Under the pieces are notes generated by a model. The model was not told the origin of the DNA. It saw only the letters and a program-made list of their open reading frames with translations, and searched no databases. A stretch of DNA of 63,934 nucleotides, filler included, from Reticulomyxa filosa (Eukaryota; Protista; Foraminifera), in assembly GCA_000512085.1 (NCBI GenBank). It is 15 parts of 15 records of this genome, joined end to end, with 100 filler letters (N's around TTAATTAATTAA, not from the genome) between each part and the next. Parts side by side here need not be neighbours in the genome. Positions count along the whole stretch, not along the records: positions 61,267 to 63,934 come from ASPP01015613.1; 14 more parts are not named here. One strand, written 5' to 3'. The position numbers and the translations under genes were made by a program. This document shows positions 61,804-63,934 of this stretch, in pieces (the stretch's first letter is position 1; every line of letters starts with the position of its first letter).

Positions 61804-62088
61804 TTCAACACAATTATTGCACTATCTTAAAAAATTCATTATACAAAAAACACCCTTTTTTTTTTACTTGTTTGTGTGTTCCCGTTTAACTGTTCCGCTT
61901 TTACAAGCTCCGCACTTTTTTATCAGCTTAGCTTTTGTTGTATTTTTAAAGTATAGCTGTTTTGGAGAAAACTGACGTGGTGCAGATCTTGCAAGAAGGA
62001 CAAAAATGTTTTTTGTCCCCCTCTCTCAAAAAAGAGTTTTTTTCACCTTTTGCATAAGGGGGCTCTTTTCAAGTTCCATTGGATATGA

Positions 62089-63046
62089 ATGGACTTGATC
62101 CGTTCTGTTCGCAGTACTGTAGTTGAAACGCTAAGATCGCATAGTGGTGCATTTTGTGCTTTGAGTGTTGGTTTGTGTTTTGGGCTTTTGCATTATCGGT
62201 ATCATTCCAATCTCCAAGACGATGTGAAATACCGTCGAGTGCAATGTCTTCACGATCCCGATCACTGTCCAACGGACCCTCCAGAAACAGCACCATTCCA
62301 AGCCGACTTCTGTTATGAATCAACACCAAGTGGTGATATTTTATTTACGGGAGTGTTTTGGCCAAGATACCGATTGAAGAAGGAAGTGAAAGGGGTGGTA
62401 TTTTTTTTGCATGGGTATGGATCAAGCGTAAGTGGCCCCGTCTACGAATACTGTGGTCGCCTTGCCAAGATGGGTTACGGTGTAGTTGCATGCGAATATC
62501 CGTGTCATGGGCGAAGTGATGGGCGTTACTATGTGATGATATCTTCGTATGCAATGATCAACATATATACATATATATATATGTATAATATATACATATA
62601 CGTATATGTATATACATTTATGTAAACAACAATACACATTACGTATATACAAATTATATATGTATATGTAATTTGTATACTCTCAAAAAAAAAAAAAGGT
62701 GGAGCGCGCTGATTGAAAATGTAATGGGGGTGCTTCACAAAATACGGGATAAACACTTTTCGGTTCCTGGCAAACGACTGAAAACATTTTTGTTCGGTGA
62801 GTCAATGGGAGGGGCCGTAGCATTGAACATGTCGCGCAAGTATTCATACGACGGACTAATACTAGTGTCTCCCATGTGCAAGATCGCGGCGGAGACGAGG
62901 CCACCCATTTTTATGGAACGGCTGTTGATGGTATTGGCCTTTTTAATCCCTACGTGGCCTATTGTGCCCAGCAAGGATTGGAGTCAGTGGAGTTGTCACG
63001 ACAGCGAGTTGACTGCGTGGCTAAGTCTGTCACCATTGTATTACAG

Positions 63047-63084
<38 letters not shown>

Positions 63085-63492
63085 TACTTTGTTCTGAATC
63101 TTGCTCTTTTTTCACATCTCTTTTGAAATGCTTGATTGTAAATCGGGGATTGCAGACAACCTAGACTTGCCACTGGCTTGCAATTGCTGAAAGTAACCGA
63201 AAATATTGAACAGATGTTATGCGAATTTGATGATAGGATGTTGATACTTCATGGCAGTGGAGATGTGGTCACTGACCCGTTTCATTCCAAAGCCTTGTTT
63301 GAAAAATCAAAGTCCAAAGATAAAACGCTCATTTTTTATGAAGATCAATATCACAAACTGCTTTCCGAACCCCAAGTCAAACACATCGTTTGGGAAGACA
63401 TACGCATCTGGCTTGACAACAGAAATGACGACAAGTTTGTTCAAAAAGCCAATGGGATCGCTCAATTTGTCTTCAGGAGATCACTTGATTAA
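62089..63492 (+). CDS. Monoacylglycerol lipase / lysophospholipase-like alpha/beta hydrolase
   Basis: VVFFLHGYG, CHGRSDG, nucleophile elbow GESMGG, LILHGSGDVVTDP (Asp) and YHKLL (His); N-terminal TM segment; introns at about 62533-62699 and 63050-63155. Confidence 0.92.
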
Positions 63493-63934
63493 AATTCAAC
63501 CTACACAACCATTACTGTTCAATTCTTTCTTTGTTTTTTTATAAACCTCTTTTTGCTCTTTTGGTCTTGTTTTTATCTTTTAAAAAAATTCTGAATGCAC
63601 ACAAAAAGAACGTAGACGTTGCTTTTACATTAATTATGCACACAAATTTTGATAATTCCATTTTCATATTTTTTTTACCAAATCTTAACACAGATTTACG
63701 ATCGTTTTTTTTGAAGCAGTAAAGTTCCTGTACTTCTCAGTGTTTAAACTAAAAAAGTTTCTTAAAAAATGAAAAGGATCCCCTGCAGAGCTTCATCAGA
63801 TTAGACAATACTCGATATATTTACATTTGTTGGACTTCGAATTTTTCCGTCGCTATTATTGCATTTGTAGTTATTGAAAATGAAGCTCGTAAGGTATTGC
63901 GAAAGAATCCGTTCTCTAATTTTCGCAACTTTTG

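Overview
This window is eukaryotic, AT-rich, intron-containing DNA, and it is not one continuous locus. It is 15 separate contigs joined by an artificial 100-nt spacer (44 N + TTAATTAATTAA + 44 N), so gene neighbourhood only has meaning inside a contig. The gene families (a characteristic WD40 family, Kelch and caspase-like pseudogenes, orphan 7TM proteins) and the short homopolymer-rich GT-AG introns resemble a foraminiferan such as Reticulomyxa filosa; this is inference from recalled motifs, not a search result. Recognisable genes, many partial: SAM-domain protein, syntaxin, RBM26/27-like RNA-binding protein, 8-TM protein, coiled-coil/WD40 protein, membrane RING-H2 E3 ligase, P4-ATPase, 7TM protein, atypical Ras-family GTPase, PIP5K, Cdc25-like rhodanese, MCM6 (3' half only), rhomboid-like protein, FABP-like protein, USP5/13, ARM-repeat protein, methyltransferase-like protein, TauE/SafE transporter and a monoacylglycerol lipase. 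There are also HDAC, AspRS, Kelch and caspase-like pseudogenes, non-LTR retrotransposon relics and a MITE-like element. The best candidate for an undescribed system is at about 11.05-16.4 kb: an RBM26/27-type RNA-processing factor (two RRMs, coiled coil, RGG) fused in frame to a Crinkler-type P-loop NTPase plus a degenerate restriction-endonuclease-like module. Exon boundaries and family assignments were made by eye and are approximate.
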